A stretch of DNA of 64,000 bases from Neocallimastix sp. 'constans' (taxonomy: Eukaryota). Shown in pieces: positions 1 to 14,470 of this stretch. A program made the position numbers and the translations under genes. The notes under the pieces were generated by a model, which worked only from the letters and a program-made list of their open reading frames with translations, did not search any database and had not been told where the DNA came from. Where the stretch lies: positions 434,001 to 498,000 of the forward strand of contig JBODTK010000104.1 in assembly GCA_050613775.1 (NCBI GenBank), given 5' to 3'. How positions within the stretch are numbered: position 1 is the stretch's first letter; the number at the start of each line of letters is the position of its first letter.

Positions 1-888
1 ATCATTAATTTCAGAAAAGGCAAAGGTACCTGCAATCACTAAACAAATTGTAGTGAATAAAATAGTTAAGACTTCTGGTATTCTATACATGGTACGCATG
101 TATGAAAATGTACTAACATTTTCTCTTTTAATATCGGCCACCAATGTAGAATTTTTTGCTAATTTATCCATATAACACTTACCATACATTTCACTATTAA
201 TTCTTGCATTAATATCAACAAGAGAAAATCCACAAATTGTACCAAAACCTTTATGATCCATATTTGCCTTAATATGAAATCCTACGGATATTAATGAAAC
301 TAAAAATACTAATAATGGAATTAAAATTTTAGTAAGCTTTTTATTTACTAAACGATAGATGGATTTGAAATAGATATTGGGTTCCACAAGACCTGAATTT
401 TTTTCTGCTTTTTTAGTAAATTTATTTTTATTTAGAGTAGTCACCTTAAAAATATTTAATTTATATAAAAGAATAAGTCTAAAAGCACGAAAAACATAAC
501 ATGCTTGCATTATAAATGTTGCTATCGTTGCTGAGTAATAGGTCAATGAACATGGTAATCTCATTATATTGGTTGAGGAATTACTAAAAGTAGATAAAAA
601 ATTAGCTATTCCACCAATAAAAGTAAGTACGAAATTTCTTTGTTTGAAAATATACCAATCTTTATATTTTATAATCCATAACAATGGTACGAAATAATAT
701 ATTAATAATAATATTTCCAAAACACAATACATTTTACCACTTTTAGTTTCTAAACCTATAAATATTCCTACAGTTCCATCATATTTGTCATTTACATAAT
801 TATAAAATTTATATTTTGAATCCTTAAAAGTACAATAATAATTATTTATTTCTTCAGTAGAGGAGGTGATATTAACAGGTGTTGACAT
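1..888 (-). CDS. Multi-pass membrane protein, 5' part (3' end outside the window); resembles the TM region of 7TM-RGS/GPCR-like proteins
   Basis: ATG at 888, frame open to position 1 (296 codons, missed by the ORF track): MSTPVNITSS...LEILLLIYYFVPLLWIIKYKDWYIFKQRNFVLTFIGGIANF...RLPCSLTYYSATIATFIMQACYVFRAFRLILLYK...KILIPLLVFLVSLISVGF...IPEVLTILFTTICLVIAG. About five hydrophobic segments with a KxR / LPC / RxxRL pattern. Confidence 0.75.
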   Translation of the reverse strand, partial: MSTPVNITSSTEEINNYYCTFKDSKYKFYNYVNDKYDGTVGIFIGLETKSGKMYCVLEILLLIYYFVPLLWIIKYKDWYIFKQRNFVLTFIGGIANFLSTFSNSSTNIMRLPCSLTYYSATIATFIMQACYVFRAFRLILLYKLNIFKVTTLNKNKFTKKAEKNSGLVEPNIYFKSIYRLVNKKLTKILIPLLVFLVSLISVGFHIKANMDHKGFGTICGFSLVDINARINSEMYGKCYMDKLAKNSTLVADIKRENVSTFSYMRTMYRIPEVLTILFTTICLVIAGTFAFSEIND

Positions 889-891
889 TTT

Positions 892-922
<31 letters not shown>

Positions 923-3733
923 CTAAATAAATAAAAAATATATCTATATTATATATTATAGATGTATAATTATGATATTCTTATAATATTTATTTAGCTT
1001 TGAACTTTTTTAATTTCTGTTGATAATATATATTTAGTATTTTTTTTTTTTTTTTTTACTTTAATTAATTTATATTAATTAATTTATATATATTTTTAAT
1101 AATAAATACCTTTATTAAATTATACTTTTTTTTTTTTTAATAAGTAATTTTATATTTATAATAAAACTTTTTTCCTTTATTTTATTTTATTTTTTTTTTT
1201 TGACAATTACTGAAATATTTTACATTAAATAATATTTTCTATTATTTCAATAGAAAGTCACTTTGTGTTTGACCTTTATTTTAATTTGTTATATATTTTA
1301 AATAAATTATACTTTAATTTATTAATTATATTTAACAAAAAAAGTATTTTATTATACTCATATTATATATATATATGTATAAATATTTGAAATTATATAA
1401 AGACAATAAAAATATATATAAATTATCTTTTATTGTATGAAAGATAATACTAAGGGGATATGATTGATATGATTTTCTTTTAATATATATATATTATAAG
1501 TTATATTAAATATGATTTGCAAAGGAAGTATAAATTGTTATTTTGTTATATAAATTTATTAAACTTAACAAAGTATGATAGTAATTTGATTTATTTTTTT
1601 TCTTATTTTGTTATAAATTTATTAAACTTTTTTTTTTCTCTTTTAGAGTATATAACTATATAAATTATATTTATAAGGAATAACTATATATATATAATTT
1701 ATATAATTTATAAAATTTGTTTAACAAATAACTATTTTTTTTCTTAATATATACTATATAGAAAAGTTAGAAAAGGATTAAATAATAATTTTTTAATTTA
1801 AAAAAAAAAAAATAATATACAAAACAACAATTTAACTTTTAAATAAAGAAAATATTAATATATATTCCTTTATTCCTTAATCATTCTTCAAATCTTTTCC
1901 CCTCTTTTTTTTAACTTAATTTAAAATTACTTTTTAATATATATATAAATTTTATTTTTTCAAAGTAATACGTGATGACTTTTTTTTTTTTTTTTTTTTT
2001 TTAAATTAAATTTTTTTGAAGAAAATCTACGCTTTTATATTAAATTAAAAATGATATAAATTATAGTTAAGTATTGTTTTATAAATTAAATATTATCATT
2101 AAAGTTTATTTATTTGTATTAATATTAATTTTTAATTAAAAAAAACTTTATTTACTAATATTTATTATACCTTGTCATAATTCAGAATAATATATTACAT
2201 TTCATTATATTCAAATATAATATAATGTTAATATATTATCTTTCTATTCTTTGTTATTATTATTTTCAAAAGAAGAATAGAAAAAAATTTGTGTTATATA
2301 ATAAAAATAGATTAATCAAATATATTAATATTAAATATTTTTATTAAAAAAAAATATATAGTAAATAAATAAATATTATATAAATAAATAAATATTATAT
2401 AAATAAATATTATATAAATGAATAAATATTAAATAAATAAATAAATATTAAATATATAGTAAATAAATATTAAATAAATAAATTAAGAGAAGAATAATAT
2501 TGAATAAATTGTTCATGTTCATATTCTACATCATATTATAAATTTATAAATATAAAATAGACATTGTATTTTGTATATAAATTATATAAATATGAATAAA
2601 TAAAAATATAATCATATAATTAATATATAATGATAATAATATGAATAGCATCAATAACTATTTTTGCTTAAAAAAGTTATGATGATTTAATATTAATAAT
2701 ATGAATAAAATAAATATATTATTCAATATTATATATAAAAATAAAGAAGAAAAAAATAATAATAAAAAATAGGATTTTTGTCTATTTTAAACATTTTTAT
2801 CACAGTTAAACAACGAAAAAAAGAATATTAACTTCATATGATTGAAATTTTAATTAAATGAACTTAAAAAATGAAAAACTTTTTAAAAGAATTAAAAAAA
2901 AAAAGAATTAAAAAAAAAAAAAAAAAGAAAAAAATTATTAATATTAAAAAATTGAGAAGAGAAAACTTTTAAATAAATAATTTAATAAGTAACCATGTTC
3001 ATTTTCATTCCTTAATCTTTATATTTATTTATTATTAGCAGTATTTTCATATAAAAGATAAATAATATATTCATTTAAATATGATATTATCATGTATGAT
3101 CTATTATGTATATGATATATTATACGCATAAAATATTAAATATATATAGTATATATGACAAAAAAAAAATATATATATATATATTATATATATGCTAATA
3201 AATAAATATACTATAAATACTATAGAATATATAACAATAGTAGTATACACAAGGTTTGGCTAAGTGTGTTGTATAGCGTTGCATTTTTATTGTAAATTTT
3301 TATTATCATGTTACATGTTATAACTTACCATAAATATTCTTACTATATATACCATTTACTTTTATATATTATTATATTATTTATTATAAAATATACTATA
3401 TACTATTTATTCTATTAATATACTATTTATTATAAACTATACTATATACTATTATTCTATATATTATTCACTATACTACATACTATTATACTATTTATGA
3501 TTAAAAATATAAAACTATACTATATACTATTATACCATATATTATTAAAATTAAAATATATATTATTATATTATATATTAATAATGATATTATATATCAA
3601 TAACTATTTATTATTATTTATTATTATACTATATATTAATTATACTACATATTATAAACTATACTATATACTATATACTATACTATTTATTATTCTATTA
3701 TTTATTATTATTTATTATTTATTATTATTAATA

Positions 3734-4899
3734 AATACTCTTTTTTAATTCTTTTTATTATTTATTTATTTATTATTTATTATTTATTATTTATTATCTA
3801 TTATTTATTTATTTATTATCTATTATTTATTTATTTATTATTTATTTATTTATTATTTATTATTTATTTATTATTCAATTATTTATTTATTTATTTATTA
3901 TTTATTATTTATTTATTATTCAATTATTTATTTATTTATTATTTATTATTTATTTATTATTCAATTATTTATTTATTTTATAGTATATAATTTTATATTT
4001 TTTTAAAATTTTGTTTTCCTTCTTAAATGTGTCAATGAACAATAAGATGATGATCTTCAATTTTAAAATAAAGTTCATATAAATGAAAAAATTCATCAAT
4101 TTCCATATTCAGCAATGGTTCCACAAACTTTCAACGTTTTGGTGAAAATAATAAAACATAAAAAAAAAAATAACAAATCTAAAAATAAATAAATAAAAAA
4201 GTATATAAAAAAATATATATAAAATATGGAAATATGGAAATATAAAAAATATAATAAAAAATATAATATAAGAAATATATATAAAAATATAAGAAATATA
4301 TATAAATATATATAAAATAATAAAATATATATAAAATAATTAAATTTAAAGAGTACTTATAGATAATTGATTGAATTTTTTTTTAATATATTTAAAGTAT
4401 GACATAATGAATGAATATTAATAAATTAAAATAAAAAATATTAAATTTAATTTAATGCTTTCATTTTTTTTTTATTTTTTTTGTGATTGTAGCCAAAATG
4501 ATGGAAATTATTGCTTTATTTTTTTTTATTAATTTAAATAAAAAAACAAAAAAAAATAAAATAAAATATTAAAGTATATTAACATTTATATTATTTTATA
4601 TATTTATATTATTATATATATTTATATTTATTTATATTTATATTATATATATTTATATTATATATATATTTATATTATATATATTTATATTATTATATAT
4701 ATTTATATTTATATGGGGTATTAAATAATAAATAATAAATAATAAATAAATAATAAATAATAAATAATAAATAATAAATAATAAATAATAAATAATAAAT
4801 AATAAATAATAAATAATAAATAATTGAATAATTAATAATTGAATAATAATAATAATAAATAAATAAATAATAAATAAATAAATAATAAAAAAGAGTATT
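3734..4899. repeat. Inverted pair of (TTATTTA)n / (AATAAAT)n heptamer arrays bounded by a 13-bp inverted repeat
   Basis: AATACTCTTTTTT at 3734-3746 and AAAAAAGAGTATT at 4887-4899; arrays at ~3755-3975 and ~4722-4886. Confidence 0.55.
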
Positions 4900-6279
4900 C
4901 ATTTATAATAAAAAAAAAGTAAATTTATAACGGATAAACATATTTAATAATAATTGTTTGTCTTAAATAAGATTTTGATCATTAACTAATTAAAGCATTG
5001 TTTCTTTACACAACAATAATTAAATTCATTCAAAGTCATGATGAAACCATTTTGGTTCTTTTTTTTTTTTTTTCTTATTTTTTTTTTCCTTTTTATTATT
5101 CATCTTTTTAAATGAAAGAATGAACTAATCATTAGTATTTTTTTTTTATTTTTTTATTTTTTTATTTTTATTTTTTTTTATTTTATTTTTTTTATTTTTC
5201 ATTTATTAAACAAAAAAAAGTTTATAATATAAAACTTTATTTTATATTAATTATAATATTAAATAATATATTAATATATATTTTATATACAATTATTATG
5301 TATATTTATATTTACATATATTATTATTTATATATTAATTTATGTATATTGATATTAATATTTATATTTATTTATATTTATATTAAATATGAATATAAAT
5401 AAAATATATATTAATACTAATATTATTATTTATATTTATATATATTATAAATATATTTAATAATAAAATTTTATAATTATTCATTACTTAATAATAATTT
5501 ATTCGGTTTTTTTTTCTTTATATGTAATTATAGATTATCACTTACTTTGCCACTCTGAATGATGAACATGTATGGAGGAAGAACTCGTTAGCTGATGCTT
5601 TGAAACCTAAACTTAAAATGATCATAGCTTCTATAATTATTCCTTTTTATTATATATATATCGTCTAGTTCATGTTGAGTAATTTTTTTTATTTTTTTTT
5701 TTATTTTTATTTTGTTGTTATTGTTTTAAAATGAGATAATCTCAATTCAATTAGGAAAATTTTAAAAATATTGTTAAAAATTAATCTCCACAACATTTTG
5801 TATGTATTATCAAATAAAAAAAATTAAAAAAAAATAAAAAAAAAAAAAAGCAATAATAATACTCATCTGTATCTCTTTTTTACTTTATCCTCTCTACCTT
5901 TAATCTTTCCATTTCTTCTCTTTCTATAAAATGGTCATGTCTCTAAAATAGAAATCATTACATTTTATCAATTAATAACTATAAATGGATTTCTCTTTAT
6001 TTCTTTTTTTTTTTTTTTTTTTTTTTTGAATTTAATAGGATACATTTAATATAAATAAAAATAGAAATAATACTTAAATAAGTTAAATTTTCCATTCCAT
6101 TATTATTATTTTTATTTTTATATTATTTTTATATTATTATTTTTTTTATTTCCCCTTTGATATTAATTATATTTATTTTTTTTTTAATTTATATCATAAT
6201 GGTTGCTTATTTTGGTATAAATTTATATTAAAAAATTTGTTATAAATGGAATCTCTTATATTAAAAATAAACTATGAAA

Positions 6280-6767
6280 TAATTGAATAATAAATAATTG
6301 AATAATAATTGAATAATTGAATAATTGAATAATAAAAAATAAATAATAAATAATAAATAATAAATAATAAATAATAAATAATAAATAATTAAATAATTAA
6401 ATAATAAATAATAAAAAATAAAAAATAAAAAATAAATAATAAATAATAAATAATAAATAATAAATAATTGAATAATTGAATAATAAAAAATAAATAATAA
6501 ATAATAAATAATTGAATAATAAATAATAAATAATAAATAATAAATAATAAATAATAAATAATAAATAATAAATAATAAATAAATAATAAATAATAAATAA
6601 TAAATAATAAATAATAAATAATAAATAATAAATAATAAATAATAAATAATAAATAATAAATAATAAATAATTGAATAATAAATAATAAATAATAAATAAT
6701 TGAATAATAAAAAATAAATAAATAATAAATAAATAATAAATAATAAATAATTGAATAATAATAAATA
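6280..6767. repeat. (AATAAAT)n heptamer satellite with AATTGAAT variants
   Basis: Direct reading; similar arrays at ~21030-21315, 42000-42355, 42650-43035 and 58010-58215. Confidence 0.9.
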
Positions 6768-7511
6768 ACCTCATAGTAATATTGATGTTAAACATAATGA
6801 GTAGAAATTAATTTATTGTGTAGTTGTTTAACAATATAAAAAGTTAATATAAAATAATAGCAACAACAATAATAAGCACTAAAACAATTAACAATACAAA
6901 AAAAAAATTAGTATATGAGATTTATCATCATTTAAATTATTAAAATTATTAAAATAATTAAATAATAATAATAATAAATAATAATAATAATAAATAATTA
7001 ATAATTAAAATAATTAAATAATTAAAATAATAATAAATAATAAATAATAATAAATAATAAATAATAAATTATTAAATATGTATATATTATATATTGTATA
7101 TATATATTAAATTATTTTTAATAAATATGCATAAATCTCATAAATTTTTTTTTTTTATTTTTATTTTTATATTTTTTTCTAATTTTTTCTTTCCTTTCTC
7201 ATGTCCAATGAATTTCAATTAAGGAAAAAATAAAAAAATTAAATTTTTCTTTTTTTTTTTTTTTTTTTTTTTAGTAATTTTTAATATCCAATTACAGAAA
7301 AAAATTGAAGGAAAATTTTTAAAAAAAAAAAAAAGAAAAATTTAATTTTTTTATTTTTTTTTTTTTGATTGATTTATTCATTAGAAAATCACATGATATT
7401 AATAATAGCTACTAATAATTGAATACTTGAATAAATAATTGAATAAATATTTGAATAAGAATAAATTATACATAATGATACCTATAATATTTTATAATTT
7501 AAACTAAAATC

Positions 7512-7760
7512 TTAAAATTTAATCTTACAACTCATAGTTATTATAATAGTATTACTTTAGTATCATTTATTAATAAATAACTTTTTATTATTATTTAAAA
7601 TTTAATCTTATAACTCATAGTTATTATAATAGTATTACTTTAGTATCATTTATTAATAAATAACTTTTTATTATTATTTAAAATTTAATCTTATAACTCA
7701 TAGTTATTATAATAGTATTACTTTAGTATCATTTATTAATAAATAACTTTTTATTATTAT
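7512..7760. repeat. 83-bp tandem repeat, three near-identical copies
   Basis: Unit TTAAAATTTAATCTTA(C/T)AACTCATAGTTATTATAATAGTATTACTTTAGTATC... starts at 7512, 7595 and 7678. Confidence 0.9.
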
Positions 7761-8975
7761 TTATTATTTATTAATATATAACTCTTTTTTTTTTTTTTTT
7801 TTATTATTCAATTGTTCAATTATTCAATTGTTTATTAATAATAATATTTTTTTTTTTATTATTATTCAATTGTTCAATTATTCAATTGTTTATTAATAAT
7901 AATAAGGTGGGGTAAATGAATTAAAAAGAATTAAAAAAAAAAAAAAAAAAAAAAAGAATAAAATGAAATGAAAATAACTCATTCTCTAAATCTAAATCTA
8001 AATTTTTATTTGCCATATGGATGGAAGGGAAATTTTTTTTTTTTTCTTTTTTCTTTTTTCTTTTTTTCTTTTTTTTTTTTTTTTTTTTTTTTTTCTTTAA
8101 TATTTATTAATTATTATTTTATCCTATTAAAATATTAATTTATTAATTAATTAAATATCTCTTATTTTATTTATTAATTATTGTTATTATCCCAAAAAAA
8201 AAATAATATCAAATAAATTAAAATTTATGAGAAAAAAAACTAAAAATTAATTAAATATAAATATATATAAATAAATAAATACAAATATAAATAAATATAT
8301 TAATATATATAAATAAAAAAAAAATTTATATATTAAATTATAAAAATGTATTATGAAATGTATTAAAAAAAAAAAACACAATTCAACTATTTTTTTTTTC
8401 TTTATTCATTGAAATACTTTTCAGATTCAAATATAATATAAGATATATATAAATATATAAATATATAATTTATTTATATGTAATAAATCATTAAAATGAA
8501 CAATATAAACATGTTTTAATAGATTTATATATATATATATATAATATTTATGGAATATATATGGAATAAAAATGAAAATATAAAGAAAAACCTTTTTTTC
8601 ATTTTATCATAGTATTAAAATAATATGAATTTAAAAAATCATGTCTATTAAAAATATATAATAATATAATATAATATAATTTAATATAATATAATTTAAT
8701 ATAATAAAATAAAATAAAAAAAAAAAAAAGAAACATTTGTTAAGCAGAACAGTGGAGAGGTCAAAGAGGTTATTACTAATTATTGGTACAGGTTTCAATG
8801 ATATTAGTTGATCAATCAACTGAAAAGTTAATTTTTAATTATAAGGAAAATGATTTGATTTTAAACTTTTATATACGAAAAGAAATGATTTATATTAAAA
8901 TAAAAATATAAATAAAAAAAATTTTTGTTTTTTTTATTAATTTACATTATTATTATTATTGTTGTTGTTGTTATT

Positions 8976-9252
8976 TATTAAATATAACACTTATAATCAG
9001 ATATGATATTTTTATATTTTATGATGTGTTTATTTGTTTATTTATTTATTATTTTTACATTAAGAAAAACCTTATTCATTTAAGAAAATCTCATTTACAT
9101 GTTATTTATAATTATTTTCTATAGTAGTCTGACATTATTGGTAATATTTAACGTTACACTGCATTCTATTATCGAATAAAAATATTTTATACACTTAAAT
9201 AATGCAGTATAATGTACAATGTAATTATACAACTTTACTGTGATATTTAACA
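8976..9252 (-). repeat. 3' LTR of the copia element
   Basis: Aligns along its length with 12447-12729; next to the PPT; plus-strand terminal TG mutated to TA. Confidence 0.85.
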
Positions 9253-10293
9253 TTTCCCCCCCCCTACATTGGGATCTTCTACATTTCCATGATGATGAAA
9301 TCGGCAAAGTATTTAAGCTTGGGTCCAGAAATACTTTTGATTAATGGATCTGCCATCATTGGGTTAGAACCAATGAGTGTTTAGTTCAATTTCATTTTTC
9401 ATAATCTCAACTTGAACATATTTGTATTTAATATCCATATATTTGTATCGTCCCTTTTGGTTTTCATTTTCAGCTATATCCTTACTTACATGGTTTATTA
9501 TCTATTCTAATATTAATTCTAATATATATATATATATATATATATTTTTAGTTGTTGAATGTTTCATTTTACTTAATCTTCTGATCCATATAGTTTGTTT
9601 GGTACATTCTATCAAGCTTGAGTATTCGATAAATTCTTAATATTTTTCTTTTCTATTATAATGAATTGTATAGTCCTTTGTACTTTTGTTGGATTCTCAG
9701 AAAATCTTGTAGCTTCTTCATAACTCTTTGGAATTAACATATTAATATTATTAAACTCTATTTCTCTTTACGTCTTTCGTTTTCATCTGAATCTATTTTC
9801 CTCTTTAAAAAATGGTTTATTTGATGGAGTGTAGATAGTTTATCTTTTATTTTTTCTTTTTTCATTCCATTGATAATTTTTCTTTCTTACTTTTTCGATA
9901 GTTTTTTTTTTTTTTTTTTTTGCTTTTTTTTGTTTTTTCTTTATCAATTTTTCCATATTGTTTACTTGTTTATCAAAAAAAAATTTACTATTCCTTTTTA
10001 ATATTAAATTTAATATTCTTTTCTTTGGTTTTTTTTCTTAATTTTCTTTTATCTAGAGGTTCCAGATCACTAAAACTGTCCTCAGATTCTTTTTCTGAAT
10101 TATAGTCTTTAATTTTTTTAATTATTTTCATATAATTTTATTATATTCCAAATTTTAATTTTTTTTCATTCATCTTCATATTAGCCAGATTTTTTTTTAT
10201 GATTGATTTCAACTCTATTTTCAATAAAGTTTCTGGTTTAAAATTTTTCATAATTAATTATAAAAAAGGTTTGATTTAGATAAATTTTATTTA

Positions 10294-10325
<32 letters not shown>

Positions 10326-11412
10326 ATTCAAATTTTTTATTAATAAAACTTTTTTTTTTTTTTTTTGTGATTTTTATACCCTTTATGTTATTATCGTTTA
10401 TTTCTATTAATTATTGCATTATTTTCATTACTTTTACTATGACCATGTCGAGTTTTGGCATGGTTTTTGGTTTGATGCCATTTTTTATATTTTCTTCAAT
10501 ATTTGTAATTTTTTGAGCATTTCCTCTTGATTTTTATCTAATTTTTGATTTTCATTACTTATAATCTTCACTAATTCTATCATCATTAATTTTTATCATC
10601 ATTAATTTTTATCTTCATTAATTCTATCTTCAATAATTCTATCATTAATAATTCTATCTTCAATAATTCTATCTTCAATAATTCTATCTTCAATAATTCT
10701 ATCTTCAATAATTCTATCTTCATTAATTATATCTTCAATAATTTTTTTTTTTTTTTTTTGTTTTATGAATTATTATCTAATATGTTTTCATTATTACATT
10801 CATCCATTAATATCAATTTTCTCTTTTTTTTTTAAAAAAAAAAAAAATACTTCATTAGGGATGTTAAAATTAATTCCTTGATATGGATTTAAATTGTATA
10901 CAATAGACAATGCATACATTTAATAGCTTTCATCCCACAAAATAGAAGATAATTTAGAGGTTATTGAAGTAATGCTTTCGCACAGTTATCGAATGTCTGA
11001 TTTAATTAATTTTTTCAGCGCGCAACCATTTTATTGTGGATTACCTTGGTGAGAAATGATTAAAATGTAATGCCATTATTTTTTTTTTTTAAGATAATTT
11101 GTTAAAAAAAAAAATTTTTTAGAGTTATTATATTCTAAACCCGTGATCAGATCTTATTTCCTTCCTTTTTATATTTTTTGTAATTACAAAGTATTTTTTT
11201 TTTTTTTTTTTTTTTTTCATTAAAGTTTATGAAAATTCATTAAAAATTTTTTGTACTGTCTCAGATTTGGGTTTCAGTAAAAAAAGAGAGACCTAACATT
11301 TTTCTACTGAAGTTATCAATGACAGTTTTTTTATATAATTCATTGGGCTTGTATTTAAAGTAGAGAGGTTTTTCATCATTGGTATAAATGGTGGTAGTAA
11401 TTGATTTTATTG

Positions 11413-11462
<50 letters not shown>

Positions 11463-12093
11463 TTTTTTTATTTAAAAAAAAAAAAATTTTTTTTGGAGTC
11501 TTTCTCTATTGTTACCCATTTTTCCATGACTAATTTAAAGCCTTTTTTTTTTTTTTTTAACATAGGTAATGAATAGAAATTAAATTATTTTGTAAGTTTT
11601 TTTTTTTTTTTTTTTTTTTAACATAGGTAATGAGTAGAAATTAAATTATTGCCTTGTTATTATTAATCTGAAAATAAGGAGTTAATATTATCTAAATATA
11701 CAGCTTAATGTCATCGTTTTTTTTTTCTATTTCTAGCTTCTTCTTTATTTTCATTTCAATTTCAAAAAAAATAATCTGGATGGACCTGTTTCTGAAAATC
11801 TTTCCTTTTAATTCATTTTATCATTACGTAGGCACTTTGTGCCATTATTTAATAATAAAGCCTTTTTATATATATATATATATTCGTCGAGGCTCTTCAA
11901 TATTTATAATCCTGAATTGTACTGTCATATTTTAAATGTTTTTTTTTTTTTTTTATTTTATTTTTTTTATTTTGTGTTTATATCTTTAATATTCTTTGAT
12001 ATATTATATATATATAATCACCTAAATTCTTCAGAATCAAAGGAATAATTTTAAGTCTGAATACTAAGTCTGAATACCATTGGTGAAAGTTTT

Positions 12094-12130
<37 letters not shown>

Positions 12131-12446
12131 TTAAAGTTTTTTTTTTTAATATGAAATTTATTAATTATATTTATTTGAATATTTGGAGGTTTCCACTTCA
12201 ACAAGAGTATCCATTCATTGTTATTACTTGATGTATTTTGTTGTCTTTCGTTGTCTTTAATGAAGTTTTTTTTTTTTTTGAAGAAACTCCCCATAGTTGT
12301 TTCGATTTTCTGATTTAGTCATTTTAATGTGACTGATCTAATATTTCTTTATTTTAAATATTTAAATGAATATTTAATTATTTAATATATTGGATTTTGA
12401 TATTAACAATTGTTAATGAATTATTGAATCATTGAGACTCTTAATC

Positions 12447-13113
<667 letters not shown>

Positions 13114-13219
13114 GTTAAAAAAAAATCTCTTTAGGATGAAGTAGTTTTCTATATTAATAGAGTGCTTTTTTTTTTTTTTTTTTTTTTTTAATTTCACGAA
13201 TGAATAATTTTGTTAAAAT

Positions 13220-13888
13220 TTTTTTTTTTTTTTTATTTTTTTTTCTTTGTTTTAACTAGAAAGAGATTACTCTTTCAGTGCTTTATTAAATAGATTAAAA
13301 TATTTTTATGTATTACATTTATTAAAAAAAAAAAACAATACATTATATAATTAAAAGATAAAAAAAAATAAAAAATAAAATATGTGTAAAAAATTAAGAA
13401 AAATAAAACATAATAAAAAATTAAAAAAAAAAAATTTTTTTAATTAATCATTGAAAATTTAATATAATAAAGAATAAAAATAAATTTCAAAAGTTAAAAA
13501 AAAAAAAAAAAAAAATTTCGGTGTGACGTATACTACGTGGAGTAACATGATCATGAGTTAAAATCATAAAATATTAAAAAAAAAAAAAAAAGAAATAACA
13601 TCTTTTAAAATAGATAGTGTGGTATATCCACTAAACTCTCCTTATTCGAGAAGTCAGAATTATTATACCACAGTAATGCATTGTTAATTAAGGATGGTAC
13701 ATTCATAGAATTTTTTTTTTTTTTTTGTTTGTTTGTTTGTTTGTTTGAACCTAAGAGTGGAGCATAGTATAATGCTTTGTTAATAATATAGAATTGAATA
13801 AATAGATCTTTTAAAAGTTAATGGAACTTTATTATTGGATAAAAAAAAAAAAAAAAAAAAAGACTTTTTTCATTTTTATTATATTTAC

Positions 13889-13929
<41 letters not shown>

Positions 13930-14470
13930 AGAGAAAGAAAATAAGGAATTTTCTAACTTTAGTATTCTTATAAATAATAAATAGGCTCAAGGGGAAAAAG
14001 GTTATTACTGAAGGGGATACCTAAGTAAATATACACAAATTCTTTAAGGAATAGAATACATACCAAGGTGAAAGGTAGGATCTTCATAACCAAGGAAAGG
14101 AAACAAAATTTAAGGGTTTAATAACCATTGTAGCACATATATTGATACTATTGATACCAAAAGACTTTTTTCATTTTTATTATACTCACCATAAAAAAAA
14201 AAAAAAAAAAACATGAAAAAAGTAGAGCCTTCATTTTTTTTTTCTTTCATTAGGCTGTGTATTGTGTATTAGTTATGTTTCTTTATCCAATTTTGTAATT
14301 TCTGAAAAGGTATTCGTTCTTTACATCCTTATTGAGTGACGGTAGGAACATAAATATTTACCAATAGTGCCTTTAACTCCCCAAAAAAAAAAAAAAAAAG
14401 AAGTAATGCTGACAGAAATGATATATATTTATATTCAAAGGGATCTGGAGATAAGGAACAAGAACGATAA
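13220..14470 (-). mobile_element. Highly decayed LINE relic (3' part), same family as 52287-53731
   Basis: The reverse complement of ~13440-13650 aligns with 53415-53590 (GATCATGTTACT..CGTAGTATAC; GGAGAGTTTAGTGGAT..ACCACACTATCT). Minus-strand YYAPLLGS (~13760) and YIYLGIPF (~14020) match the LINE ORF at 50516. Boundaries approximate. Confidence 0.75.

Noticed and set aside
4010..4150. Higher-complexity island; the minus strand gives HQNVESLW, like a Merlin/ISXO2 transposase motif
   Set aside because: A stop follows within four codons and there are no other transposase motifs; too short to call.
5540..5600. ATGATGA...CTGA, a possible C/D snoRNA
   Set aside because: The boxes are only ~35 nt apart and I could not identify an rRNA or snRNA target or a terminal stem.
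3497..6795. I/Y/L/F-rich ORFs (3497, 4693, 6397; also 26984, 28328, 42843, 54436, 63771)
   Set aside because: Translations of simple repeats and poly-T/A tracts with no coding signature.
7512..7760. Regular repeats as a possible CRISPR array
   Set aside because: Head-to-tail repeats with no unique spacers, in a eukaryotic context.
12433..12446. tRNA-Lys gene
   Set aside because: Only the anticodon-arm 14-mer is present, with no D or T arm; better explained as a PBS.
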